From: Eledone cirrhosa
Lineage: Eukaryota
Assembly (NCBI GenBank): GCA_964016885.1
Contig: OZ024755.1
Coordinates: 15,934,001 to 15,998,000 of the forward strand
Direction of reading: 5' to 3'
DNA: 64,000 nucleotides
In this document: positions 27,412 to 40,974 of the stretch, piece by piece
Position numbering within the stretch: position 1 is the first letter of the stretch
Layout: each line of letters begins with the position of its first letter
The notes under the pieces: model-generated
Seen by the model: the letters and a program-made list of their open reading frames with translations, nothing else
Databases searched by the model: none
What the model was told of the DNA's origin: nothing
Translations under genes and position numbers: made by a program

Positions 27412-27772
27412 TATATATATATATACATACATATATAGCAGTGAACCTTTTTGCTTATCTGACATTCTTTATGCATGTATGTATTTATATGTGTATATAT
27501 ATGTAAGCGTGTAAGTATATATGTATGCATGTGTGTATGCATGTGTGTATGTATGTATGTATGTATGTATGTATGTATGTATGTATGTATGTATGTATGT
27601 TTGTATGGATGTATGTATGTTTGTATGGATGGGTGGATGGATAGGCTGATGGATATGTTTGTATCTATGCATGTTTATATGTATGCATATATGTATGTAC
27701 ATATGTATATATAAACATATATATATATATATACATATATGTATATATATATACATATGTGTATATATGCTT

Positions 27773-27834
<62 letters not shown>

Positions 27835-28258
27835 GTTTATATATATATATAAACATATATGTGTGTATGTGTGTGTACATACATATGACCGTACATAAAT
27901 ATATATTTATATCTATTGAGAGAGACAGGGCGAGAAAGTGAGGTTTTACTTAACTAGTAAATGGAAAAAAAAAATGTTTAATTTATGGAGCCGATCTTCA
28001 GTTCAGACCACTGATACTATGTTTCCATTGGTCTTTTCATTGCTAATATTATCTTATTGGTCGCAGCCTCTGGCAGTAGAGAAGTATAGGAGTTGAGTTA
28101 GCAGAGTTATGTATGTGGCGAATTGACAGTATCATTATGGTATATGACTAAATACCACGGTATTAGTTCAAATTCCGACGAGGTCATCTTTTCCTTTCAT
28201 CCCTTTGGAGTCGTTATATAAAGTAGCACTCCAAGGGAGGTGTATTAGCGGGATAGAT

Positions 28259-28314
<56 letters not shown>

Positions 28315-28349
28315 GCTGTTCTCGTCGTCGTCATCATTATCAGCATCTC

Positions 28350-28391
<42 letters not shown>

Positions 28392-29800
28392 CTTTACCCA
28401 GCAAAGTTGCTGTCTGGGCCGTGTGGCCTTTGTAAATTGATACGTTCTATCCAGCTATACCTTTCCAAAGGATCGTTCTGTGTCAATCCCTTTCTTTGCA
28501 GATCTTTAATGTTATTGTTACAACGTTTTCTGGAGCCTTCCAACAAATCAATAATATGTTGTTCACATTATTTATTCAATTGTCTGTGAGGTACTCTATT
28601 CCAGATGTACTCTATTCCAAAGACAGTGTGAAGTTCACAAATTGACTGGCATGTATAAATTTTTTAAATACTATCTTAAGATGTTCGAATACTTTTGACT
28701 ATTTCGAAATGCTAGAAAATAAATCGTGCTGGGTAAATAATAGATATACTTCAATCTACTGGGAAAATACGTAAATATGACATGTTTACAGTTTCTCATG
28801 TCATTTGCAAGCCATCAGATAGACGTTGCTTCGTGGTTTCGACAGACAGACTGGTGTATGTTTTATCCCAGAGGATGGTGCGATAGATGTGATGAAAGAA
28901 CCAGTTCAGCTCATGGGAGTCATTCTAATGATTGGAGTAGGAAGTTATGGTTGAAAAATATTATAAAGAGACTGAAGGCTCCGTTGATGAACATGAATAA
29001 GACATATATTTGTCAAATAATTATTCAATTAACGATAATTTCCGATGTTATGTGAAGAACCAAATTAAATTAAATATTCTTTTAACCTTCAAGAAAAACT
29101 ACCATGTAGTAACTAAGAAAGTTAAGCAAATATACAAATCCTTCCCAAAAATCTTAAAAAGTTAAGCAAATATACAAATCCTTCCTCAAAATCTTCTTCA
29201 AAAGATGAGCAGTTATAAGATTTTATTAAGTGTGAATATATATTTGAAAAATGAAACTTTTACTCGTTTGACCATGATGGAGAGATTTTTGATAGTAACA
29301 AAAAGAAAATGCACCCCGGCACTTCTTAGAAGGATTGTATCCACAGAAACAATATCACATGCCGAATAGAATATTGTAATCTGTAAGACTTTTTTGATGC
29401 TCTTTGTCTCGTTGAAATTAATTCTTGTTCTCAGGAGATGAATTTATTCAAGGTCGAATCATCAACCCAGTTTTTATTATAACAACATAGAAATAAGAAA
29501 ATTATGTCACCATTTCATTTTTGTTTTTAGTTTCGTCAGGAAGGTGGAATGGAGGGCGTTAGTGGAGTGGGGGGTGAAGGGCGTGGATGGAGTGGAAGGT
29601 GTAGGTGGGGGACAGTGCACGATCCCTTTGCGGTATATACATATTGACATACATACAAACACATACGCGTTTTGACCACGGGTTTGGGTTAGGCACCAAG
29701 AAAGCTCCCCTCTGAAGCAGGTGACCGAGCAAGGGGAAGGCTGATACAGATTGATACCAGTGACGTCGCAACTCATTTCTACTGCTGAGTGAATTGGAGC

Positions 29801-29876
<76 letters not shown>

Positions 29877-29908
29877 TACATATATATATGTGTACGTGTG
29901 TGTGTATG

Positions 29909-30262
29909 ATGTAAAAGGTAAACAGAAATAACAACACAATCGGTACAGTATATGGAAGGGATATATTAGGTTAACACTTGATATAGCAAGAAGATGGTCT
30001 TAACGTTTCGGACGCTAGTCCTTCATCAGAAGAAAGAATGGGAAATAAGATAGATTGAGGGGATGGGCGGGTTGCAATTGGAGAAAATGTCTTTAAATAA
30101 AAATAACAGGTCCATTCATGTTGACATTTCTTGGAAAACTGTTGGTGCTGGCGTTTTGTGTATGATTTATTTTTTAGAAAAGTGGATGATCAAGCGTTAA
30201 CCTAATATATCCCTTCCATATATTGTCCCGATTGTGTTGTTATTTCTGTTTACCTTTTACAT
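29909..30262 (-). mobile_element. Short element with 74-bp inverted ends enclosing an intact hammerhead
   Basis: 29909-29982 versus 30189-30262 are reverse complements with 3 mismatches; TA-rich microsatellite on both sides. Confidence 0.8.
29998..30033 (-). ncRNA. Minimal 36-nt type I hammerhead ribozyme, intact core
   Basis: TCTT-CTGATGA-A-GGAC tagc GTCC-GAA-ACGT-T-AAGA: 4-bp stems I and II, loopless palindromic ACGT stem III, GUU triplet. Confidence 0.8.
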
Positions 30263-30499
30263 ACATATATATCAACGCTTACGTGGACCTCTCAAAATTC
30301 GTTGGATTTTCTAATTGGATTTTCACCCCGAAACTGGATACCAACCCGAAATACACCTGGAAATCTTCCGTATCATTGAATTTTTCTTTGCTTCTTATAT
30401 ATATATAGTGTATATATAAATATATATATATATAGTATATATATTTATTTATATATATATATGTATACACACACAGAGGAGAGTGTGTGTGTATATATT

Positions 30500-30533
<34 letters not shown>

Positions 30534-30929
30534 TATGTGTGTGAGTGTGTATGTGTATTCCTGGAAGGAAAATTGTAAACATGTTACCAATATTTGTCAT
30601 AAATTCTGTCTTGTTCTTTCAATCAGAGATAATGTGTATTTAATCGAAAAAAATAACCGATAATTTTATTTTTATGGTTACACACATATATATACATACA
30701 CATATACATACACACATATATATATGGACGTGGGTGTTTTTAGAGGTAAGTATGTACATACAGAAATATGTGTGTATGTGTGTGTTTTCTAATTCTCTAT
30801 TGTAATACAATACAATGTGCCAACTATTCAATATATATATATATACATATATATATATACTGAGTTTGCGATACTGTAAACAATCGTGAACATTTCGTAT
30901 AGAGCTCCTTTTATATATATATATATGTG

Positions 30930-31003
<74 letters not shown>

Positions 31004-31529
31004 AACATACATACATAATTCTATAGTTATAGTTTATACTAGGAAACAATACAATCTATATTACTTGACATTATATGAAATATTTAATAAATCTCTCGAC
31101 ATGGGCCCCAATGTTTCGCTTGAAGACAAGCTCATCACACACATACACACACGCGCCCACATACAGACTCACATACAGATACACATGCATACATACACAT
31201 ACAAACAAACACGCATACACATGTATAAGTAGTGAATAGCTTTTCTTTCAAATATGTTATATTGAAAACAGGACTATGTTGAAGTTAGATCATTTTCATT
31301 AAGGATGTTTCATATTTCCTTATGAGAATATACTGTAAAAATACTAAGGTAAACCAAACCTCCTCGTTGAAGCTAAACCGCAGAACGGTGCCATTTATAA
31401 TTTTCAATGCAAATATAAAAGTTGGGCTCTTCATGTCTTCATGACCAAAAATTGTTGCACAAGCACTACACTTTGACGTCAGTAAACCATACACTTTCAA
31501 CACACACTGATATATATATATATATATAT

Positions 31530-31745
31530 ATAGGAACGAGTAGGACCCCGACGGCTGAGCTCAAGCCGTTTCGACGGCTAATTCTGGACTAAAATATATC
31601 TGGATTTTAGTCCAGAATTAGCCGTCGAAACGGCTTGAGCTCAGCCGTCGGGGTCCTACTCGTTCCTATTACCCACTCTACCACCTTAAGTATTGAGTAC
31701 TTTGGTGCGTTATGGTCCATCTGGTTCCTTACCACATTTCCTTCG

Positions 31746-31748
<3 letters not shown>
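31530..31748 (+). mobile_element. (TA)n-embedded foldback element: perfect 66-bp arms plus ~80-bp tail, with the 3' half of a hammerhead
   Basis: 31530-31595 equals the reverse complement of 31604-31669; the right arm has GAAA-CGGCT tgagctc AGCC-GTC-GGGGTC; no CTGANGA present. Confidence 0.8.
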
Positions 31749-31778
<30 letters not shown>

Positions 31779-31783
31779 TATAG

Positions 31784-31817
<34 letters not shown>

Positions 31818-31821
31818 TATA

Positions 31822-31962
31822 TACGTCTCCCATATGTCCGATTTACGTCTCCTACAAGTCTGATTTACGTCTCCCAAATGTCAGATTTACGTTTCCCACA
31901 TGACTGAATTACGTCACCCACATGTCTGAATTACGTCTCCCACATGTATTACTTACGTCTCT
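31822..31962. repeat. ~21-bp minisatellite (TACGTCTCCCACATGTCTGAWT-like), ~6 units
   Basis: Directly visible. Confidence 0.85.
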
Positions 31963-31964
31963 CA

Positions 31965-32300
31965 TGTAGGATACTCTATGCCCAGCTCCACAATGGCGAT
32001 TGCCTGGCTGAAGGAGCAAAGAAACATTTTCAAAGATCAAATGAAGACCACCCTGAAGAGCAATAGCATCAACCCTTCAAGAGAAGGAACATTGCTACCA
32101 ACCGTTCTCTTTGGCGTTCCCATTCTTGGAAGAGGGTTTGAGGACATGAAAGAGAAACACAGTGATAATACTTCATCAACAGAGATTAATTTCTTGCCTC
32201 TCCATCCAAATATCCACATGACCGGTCTGTAGACCAACCTGGACAGCAAGAATTGGGATCCACATCCAAGAAAGGATTCACAATTGAAAAATTGAAGATA
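31965..32300 (+). mobile_element. Degraded 3' end of an RTE-clade LINE
   Basis: RNIFKDQMKTTLKSNSINP resembles the RKRFKD.LK..LK...I.P C-terminal RTE motif. Confidence 0.45.
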
Positions 32301-32638
32301 GTCATCGTCTAATTTTCATGGACAACCATAACCACATATATAGTGTGTATGTATATATGTGTGTGTGTGTACGTGTGTGCATGTATGTATGTATGAATGC
32401 GTGAATGTATGTACGTGTGTATGTATATTTGTATGTGTATGCATGTACATCTGTGTATGGATATATGCATATATGCATATATATATGCATGTATGTATGT
32501 ATCTATCTATGTGTGTATGTATGTACTATATGTATGTATGTGTGTACGTATATGTGTGTATATATGTATGTATGTATGTATGTGTGTATATATATATGTG
32601 TATATATATGCATGTATACATGAATACATGGGTGTAAG

Positions 32639-32669
<31 letters not shown>

Positions 32670-32927
32670 GCATGGATCCTTGTCTGTATATATATGTATA
32701 TGTATGTATGTATGTATGTATGCATGACAGTGGGAACAATAGGATATTTTACGTGACATATTTTGATTAAACCTAACGTATATGTAAGTTGGTTGATTCG
32801 CACGTGCTTCTGTGTATATATATATATATTTGCTTGACTGTTCAATATCTGAAGATATCAAGAAATAAATGTGTAGGTGGCGGTGGGAGTTTCTAGCTGG
32901 TTTAATATCTTTCGAGTTATCAGTAGA

Positions 32928-33002
<75 letters not shown>

Positions 33003-35460
33003 ATATATGGTGTGTGCATATATATTTGTTTGGTTGTTTAATATCTAGAGATATCAAGAGATATATACGAAATATATTACACGGTAGGTCGTGCTTACAA
33101 ATCGAACGAACGGCAGCCAGAGAGAGATACGATTTACCTTGATGATATTGCTGATAAAGAAATGCTTCTTAAATATACATATATATGTTTGTACATATGA
33201 CCGTCTTTGTGTGTGTGTCTATGTATATGAATGTATGTATATATATATATATACACACATACATACACATTTATCTACCTATCTATCTGCTCTCTCGTTC
33301 ACGCTCTCTCTCTCCCCTCCCTCTCTCTCTATCCCCCCCCCCTCTCTCTCTATATATATATATAAATAAATGCACACAAACACACACACAAACATGCATA
33401 TATACTTACATACATACACACACATACATATATATACATACATGCATGCAGGCATGCATACATACACACATACATACATACATACATACATACATACATA
33501 CATACATACATACATACATACATACATACATACATACATACATACATACATACATACATACATACATACATACATACATACATACAGGAAATTGGAGAAA
33601 AAAAAACAGAAATATAGAACGATAATTTGATTGGATCGGATTGGATTTGAATATTGGTAAATGGATTCCATGACACAAAGATTTAGAATTGGTTGCTGAA
33701 GAGATAAACTCGCAGATAGCTTAGATAGTTTAAGTGTTTCCATGTTTGAAATTATTTGTTTAACATTGTGTAGGTTTGTGGAGAAGTTCTTTATTGGATG
33801 CAGGTATGGCTGAATAGTAAAGGAGTTCGCTTTGCAATCGTCAGGTCCCACTGCTTGACATCCTTCATATGTGTGATAGACCATAACCTCTGATCGACTC
33901 AACCGTTTTGAGTAACTGAGTGGACGGAAGCTCTTTGGAAACCCGTAGATTGAACTGTTTACCTGTGCTTCAAAGTGGTCATCCTTGTCGTTCATTGTGT
34001 CATGCTGAATCTTCCTAAGAATTACAAGGGTCGGCAGAAACGTTCATAGGCTGACCAAGATACTCTCATGGAATAACCAAATGACGTTTATTTTTCAACA
34101 TAGTCCCTAGAAAGAAACAATGCAGTTATTAATAAGAAGAGTTGAAATGAATGCATGCAAGATTTCACAGCTCTTGCATCACTCCTTCTTGTATGTAGTT
34201 GAGTATTCCGTAAATACGTCTATCCTTATCGTAATTCTCAGGCACCACCAGCCTGACACAATACGTGACATGGTTGTCCCTAAGAATAAAAGGTACACCT
34301 GCTCTTGTACCATATGTAGGTAGAGCAGTAGATTGGCCGAGTCGTTAGCGTGTCGGAACAAATACTTAGCATTGTTTGTTCTGGCTAGGGTGGTGGATTG
34401 GCAGTATCGGTAGTGCGTCGAACTACAATCTGTTCAGCATAAAGTTACGGCCCTTTACGGTTTGAGTTCAAATCCCGCCGAGGTTCGCTTTGCCTTTCAT
34501 CCTTACGGGATCGATAAAATAAAGTACCAGTAACACACTGGGGTTGATTTAATCAACTTTCCCATCTCCCCCCAAAACATTGCTGGCCTTGTGCCTAAAT
34601 CAGAAACAATTATTCATCTGGTGTAGGGGCGATGGATTGACAGTAGTCGGTAGAGCGTCGGACACGATGCTCCCCTCTCCGAAAACATTGTTGGCCTTGT
34701 GCATAAATCAGAAAGCATTTTAGTGTATATGGTTGAGTACTCCACAAGCACGTATGCTTTTAATGTAAGTCTCGGGTTTACTCTTGACAAGGCTGACCCT
34801 TAGAATTACAGATACAATCCATCAAACGAGCTTCTGCACATTTTCCATCTATCTAATTTAACTCACAAGACTTTAGTTGACTCGAGACTACAGTAAAGAT
34901 ATCCACCCAAGATGCTTCATAGTAGGATTGAACCAGGGATCTCATGTTTGCGAAAATGAACTTCTTAATCACTCAGCCATACTTGCATCCACGATAAGAG
35001 AAATGATAGGCAAGAATGGAAGTGCTTACTGACGGGGTGAAAAAAAGGCAAAAGTAAATAAATTGTTGAGTTTCAATTACTGTAAAGTGGCGGTTACTTT
35101 CGGACTGTATTTTGCTTGAGCGAGGTAGTAATCACAATTCTACTTAAAGCAACAATTGGCTATACGATGTGACCACCTGGAGATAGAATTATCAAAACTA
35201 CCCACAGTGTGTTGATTGAATAGCTCAAAGCGTACCAAGAAAGCCAATCTCAGTTGGAAGTAAATAATGACGTTATAGTGGTAAATGTTAAACTAGCCAT
35301 GACACAGGAGCATGCAATTGTAACAAATAAATGTGTGAGAATTATTTACGTTAAAGGAAAGTGGTTAAAGCGAAAGAATTAGATAAACTTTCAGAAAGAA
35401 TACATATATCTAAACCTATCTATCTATCTATCTGTGCCCTGTGGCTAATAAAGAAACATA

Positions 35461-35539
<79 letters not shown>

Positions 35540-37528
35540 GAAACTTCAGCGTTTTTCTTTTATATATATATAACAGCTTGATCAATACAAGAATGGAGTC
35601 TCTACAATTTGGAATGGAAAACTACAATATGGACTGGACTGGAGAAAAATGTGTAGAGAATACTGATCTGTCAAAGGAGAAGCAGACGACCAGACGATAC
35701 AGAGCCGAATATTGAAATAAGGTGATCTTTGAAGGTAGAGGAATTATAACGGGTGGATAGAGAAAGAATTAGTGGTGCAGAGATGGAAATTTGGGGAAAT
35801 CTAAAAAAAAAAATAAATAAATGAGGTTGCAGAAGGATTAAAGCTTAAGTAGTTTCTTCTTCTTCTTAATTAATAATTTCTAAAATAGGCACAAGGCCAG
35901 CAATGTGGAAAGAGGAAGTCGATTATATTGATCCCAGTGCTTTCCTGTTACTTTATAGACCTCGAAAGGGCGAAAGGCAACGAAAGGCAAATTGACCTCG
36001 GACGCTCTATCAATACTGCCAATCCACCCTACTTCGCACCAGCTAAATAACGGTTTCTGATTTAGACACAAGGCCAACAATTTTGTCGGGGGGGGGGGGG
36101 ATTAAATCGACCCAGTGCATTACTGGTACTTTATTTTATCGACCCCGTAAGGATGAAAGGCAAAGCTAACCCCAACAGGATTTGAACGTAGAACGTAGAA
36201 TGTCGTAACTCTATGTTGCAAAGCATGTTGTCCGACACTCTACCGATAATCTACCACAAGGCCATCAATTTGATGGAGATGGAAGAATCGATTATATCGA
36301 CCCCAATACTTGACTGGTACTTTATTTTATATAGAAGAGTCTTGTTTGCCTGATATACTGAATCCTATAATGATGGTTTCTAAGTAGGCAAATTTTAGGG
36401 AGGAGTAAGTCGATTGTATCGACCCCAGTACTTGACTGGTATTTTATTTATTTATTTCAATAATATTTATTCTCCGCAAAATAGACACACAATCACGCAG
36501 TACTACAACTTTACAGAGTGAGCTGGGTGCTTTTTATCATGATACCGGCACTACCACTTTACAGTGTGGTTTGGGTGCATTTTACTGAGTGGGCTGAGTA
36601 CATTTTATCAAGGCATCAGGCTCACTACTTGTACAGTCCATAAGGTGTGTGCCTGTGCGGCATTAACACTAGAGCGACTGATTTGTCCTCGACCGAGGCA
36701 GGGCGTGGAAGTGATGGTAGGAGAGAAAGGGGAAGAGATGGGAGCATGTTAGAAGTGGTAGTCCTCAACCGGATAGGGAGAGGGAGGGGGTGAAAAAGAG
36801 TGAGTGATAGCAGGTACCAGGTCGTAGAGCCGGCCTTCAAGAGAAACGGAGAATTATAGCTTTGTAAGGAGGGTATCGGGTGGGATGAAATAGGGATAAG
36901 GGAGAGTGAAATAGATCTTTATGTATGAGCAACATTTAGATAAGGATGTAGGGGGAGGTACAACCAATGTGAGGGTCAAGAGAAAGAGGGGGCATATTGA
37001 CACTGGACGGTGGGGGGTAACCTCAAAGTCGATATAACTCGATCTCTACCCAACGTTTTTCCCCATACACATCTCACTATCTTTGCATGGGAGGGTGAAA
37101 TACCGCAAATCGCCAGTCGACTCGATCTTGTGTCGTCTCTTCCGTGAGGCCAGCTTTCATTATGTCATCCCTTTTCTTCTGGGGCTTCCCTTCCCCAATT
37201 TCATAAATCTCTGAGTACCCTGAACTTCTTTACACAGCTGTTGTCCATACCAACACAGCTTCTTCTCTTATGCCTAGTTTTTCTCTCACTGCATTAATAC
37301 TTCGTTGTTCTTGTACACAACTAATACATATCTATCAAAGTATGCTCACCTCATTTCTTTCTAGTCACGACAATTCCTATGTGAGCAAAGCCCAATTCGC
37401 TCTTCTGTGTAATATCAGGGTTCATACAAAGGCATCATAATATATATATAGGCAAAGAACAAAACAAAAACAAGGAGTGCAGTACGAAGAGTGTTGGTAT
37501 TGGGTTCATGCTTGAGAGTAGTGGTGAG

Positions 37529-37565
37529 GGGCGACGTTTTGGGCATAAGCCCTTCGTCAGAAGAC
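37529..37565 (-). ncRNA. Degenerate hammerhead (GAAA changed to AAAA) at the end of a (TA)-bounded element (about 37445-38130)
   Basis: CTGACGA-A-GGGC ttat GCCC-AAAA-CGTC; stem I does not pair. Confidence 0.4.
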
Positions 37566-38194
37566 AGATGGGAAGGAAAGGTCTTCCGAGAAGGTGTGGG
37601 GGGGAGTGGTGGAAAGACATTAAAATAAAGAGGAAAAAAAAATTAAAATTTAAAAAAAAAATTAAAAAGAAGGAAAAAAATCAAAATAAAAACAAGTGGT
37701 GAAAAGGTTGAGGCGTGTAGAGGTGGTGGTGGGCGGATGGAGGGGGAGGGGGGAAGGAAATTGGGGGTCCAAGTGGGGAGGGCGGAAGGTGGTGTACGCA
37801 TGTGTGTATGCGTGGGTGTGAGTGTGAGAGTTTGGGGGAGAACGGGGTTCCATGCTCGTGTATTAGGAAAGACAGTGTGTACATAGGGTGGGGTGTAAGT
37901 CTGTGTGTGTGTGTACGTGTGGATGCAGAGGGGTCGGAAAAGGTGGGGGAGAGGGAGCGAGCGGAGTCCGGAGGCAGAATAGGTGTATATGAGGATACGC
38001 ACGTGTGTGTGTGTTTTTTTTGTGTGGTGTGGATACGTGGGGATGTATGGTTGCGTGTGCGCGAAAATAGTGTAAGTGTTTGTGTGTGTGTGTGTGTTCC
38101 TGAATGTTTATCCGGTGAGTGTGTGGACGGATATATATATATATATCCGATTCCGCCCCGCCCGTACCTTCAATCTTTCTAATTTCTCATTCTT

Positions 38195-38230
38195 TCTTCT
38201 GATGAAAGACTAGCGTCCGAAACGTTAAGA
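38195..38230 (+). ncRNA. Hammerhead of the 29998 family, one stem II change
   Basis: TCTT-CTGATGA-AAGAC tagc GTCC-GAAACGTT-AAGA within the element at about 38148-38320, flanked by (TA)n. Confidence 0.7.
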
Positions 38231-38587
38231 CCCTCTTCCTATTATTTCAAGCGTTAACCTAATATATTCCTTCCATATACTGTACCGATTGTGTTGTTAT
38301 TTCTGTTTACCTTTTACATATATATATATAAATATAAGATATATTTTCTTTAGGACGTTTTGGAAGCCTCAACAATGCAGATGGGTAATTCTCCGGGTAA
38401 CAAGATCCGGTGGTGAAGAGAGAGATGTAAGTGAATGTAGAATGAGATGTATAGTGTGTAGAAGAACGTAGGAAAGAGCGTAAAAAATAATAACACGAGA
38501 TAGAGTTACCTTGGGAGAGATTTAATTGTCCCTATATTTCAGATTCACATCCATCAACTGGGGGGTTTTCCGGGGGGGGGGGGGAGA

Positions 38588-38679
38588 TTATCTGTCGGAT
38601 AGGTGCGTTACGTGTCCTCTGCTGTTCGTTTCAAACAACGAACAGCGAAGGACACGTATCGCACCTATCTGACAGATAA
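38588..38679. repeat. 92-nt hairpin (43-bp stem, 4 non-Watson-Crick positions, 6-nt loop)
   Basis: 38588-38630 pairs with 38637-38679; flanked by a G-run on the left and C-runs on the right. Confidence 0.9.
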
Positions 38680-38851
38680 CCTTTCCCCCCACCCCACCCC
38701 CACCCCTCGGATTCTCAACTCGTGTGTGGTTGTGCTGACAACAGAAGTGTATATAAGCTGACGGGTCTTTGCGCGTGGACGTCGACAAAGGCGACAACTC
38801 AAGTTAGACTGTTGAAAGGGAGATTATTGATTTCATTCTGGGTCCTTCTGG

Positions 38852-39171
38852 TTACGTAACAAGTACTTTGCAGTGTGGGGGCAACGATTAAAAAATTCAG
38901 ATCTTGTATTGAGACAAGTACTATTACATATTTTTTTAATATATATACTTTCATCACTGTACAGCCCACAAGACAAATTCTCATTTCCGTAAGGCCTGGA
39001 TTTGGTCAGAACTTTCCATTGGATGGCGTAATCAACGTCTGCATCTTTGAGTGACTATATGTGGCTTGCAGGCTTCGTGGACGATCGCTTATCCGAGTGT
39101 CTAAAGGTCATCTGATGGCTAAGGAAGCGTTCTTTAAACCAGCCCTCCGCCATACCCACATACGTTTTGCC
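38852..39171 (-). pseudogene. Second Penelope-like GIY-YIG endonuclease remnant (absent from the ORF track)
   Basis: Hand translation GKTYVGMAEGWFKERFLSHQMTFRHSDKRSSTKPASHI*SLKDADVDYAIQWKVLTKSRPYGNENLSCGLYSDE...CLNTRSEF aligns motif by motif with the C-terminus of the 3881-4816 ORF; one stop and a late frameshift. Confidence 0.85.
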
Positions 39172-40974
39172 CTAGCCAGAAAAGTATATACAGTAAGTAT
39201 AGTTCCAATTCATAGTGCAGGCATCATGTTAGATACTATCCAAGATTAGATAGCTTGGCCATATCTTTAGGCTGGTATTCTTTTATTTCAATTTCTGAAT
39301 AAAACATTTTCTGATGCAGAGTTTCAAGGGAGTTAATTCATACAGTATCCAGGGAGACTACTCAGTAACAGCATTAGTGAGTGGACTTGGTATATATGTA
39401 TGTTTCACAGACACACTCACGCATCTAGGTTGTTTCTTTTTTATTTTACGTTTTATATATTTAGCACCTCTTCGTGTGTTGGACTAATGTCGTGGGTTCG
39501 ATTTCTGGATTGGGTTGTGTGATGTGTTCTTGAGCAAAACACTTCATTTAACGTAGCCCCAGTATACTGAACTGTAAATAAGTACCAGCAACAGCTGGGG
39601 CTTAACCCTGCGATGGACAGGCGTAATATCCAGGGCTAAGTCTTGTACTTTCAGTCACTCAACGTCACGAAAACCGAGATAAGCACCAGGCTCGAGACAG
39701 ACTTTAAACGATGAATGAAGAGACATCTTTATACACCCGAATATTAAACCCTTGTGAATTATTACTTTAAAGACGTGATAGGTGTACTAGTGGTGTTTGT
39801 GGCAGTGATCATAGTGGTTGTGGTGTTGGTGGTGTATGGAGTTCGCGTGCCTCTAGTGATGCCACTGGTTCGCTTATATGTTGCATCAGCTGCTTTGATA
39901 AGCTCTTTGGTTGATTATTATAACATGACTTTTATAGCATACCATACCAATATTTTTTTTTAATTATGTTCACTTCAAAATAATTTTAATTAATTAAAAT
40001 ATACAGACATGTATATAATGTGAAATGAAACTAGAAGGCCCATATATGTGTATGTATATATATAAATGTGTGTGTGCGTATACATATATATATGTATGTG
40101 TGTGTTTATATATATGACTGTCTGTGATCTATATACACTGGTCAGACACACACACACGTTCACATATATATATATATATACACACCACCAGCTCTCTCTT
40201 CCATTCTCCTTATCTGTCTCCTCTCCCTCTCTCTCTATGTCTCTATTTAAATCTATTCTCTCACGACCACTATCTCTTTCTCGCTCTGCTTATGAAGGTA
40301 CCCGGAAAACCCCTATATCTCGGTAACCCGTGCTCCGATTTACGCGAAACTTTGTTTCATTACATTTGTATCCCCATTTCTGGGTCAACTTCCTTTCAAA
40401 GCATTTTCCCATTATGCGCGCTTTTGGCTGTATTACATTACAGGCAAGCAAGAAATCACCGAGTTTTAGTAGCATATAGATTTAACCATGCGACATCAGC
40501 ATCATTCTCAACCAACATCTGTTCACTACAGGATGAAGACCTGCTTAAGTCGCTGCCAATTGTTCCCATCCTGCGCCGCTCGCATCCGCTGTTTTGCATG
40601 AGTATAAAACCATGACAGTCCTGATTGAGCCTTCCATTTATTTTTAGGACGGTATGTTGTAGTTTGTTGGGAGATACGGCTGCTATTTTTAGTAGGTGTT
40701 TAGTCAGCCCTGAACTAACAGCTAAAAGTTATTTCCCCTGAAATGGGAGATAATTTTCATAATGACATTTATTGCATAACAAATTTAACGTCCGATTTTC
40801 CATGTTGGCGTGGATTGTAGATAACATAGAAGAGGACTTGTCAGTTTTATCAAAAACACGAGAACCTCTCTAGTATTGATTCCACAATAAAATGCACTTA
40901 GTACACTCTGTAAAATAGTATTGCTAGAGCTACAATAAAATGCACCCAGTGCCAATTCTAGTCATGTTATAATA

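Noticed and set aside
29500-29545. Minus-strand CTGACGA...GAAA...ATA hammerhead-like spacing; similar weak cases near 13070, 32840, 43505 and 50710
   Set aside because: Stems I/II do not pair or core bases are changed; not counted.
38745-39200. Plus-strand TATA promoter and exon with a GTAAGT donor
   Set aside because: The region is explained by the minus-strand Penelope-like endonuclease remnant; the plus frames give nothing recognisable.
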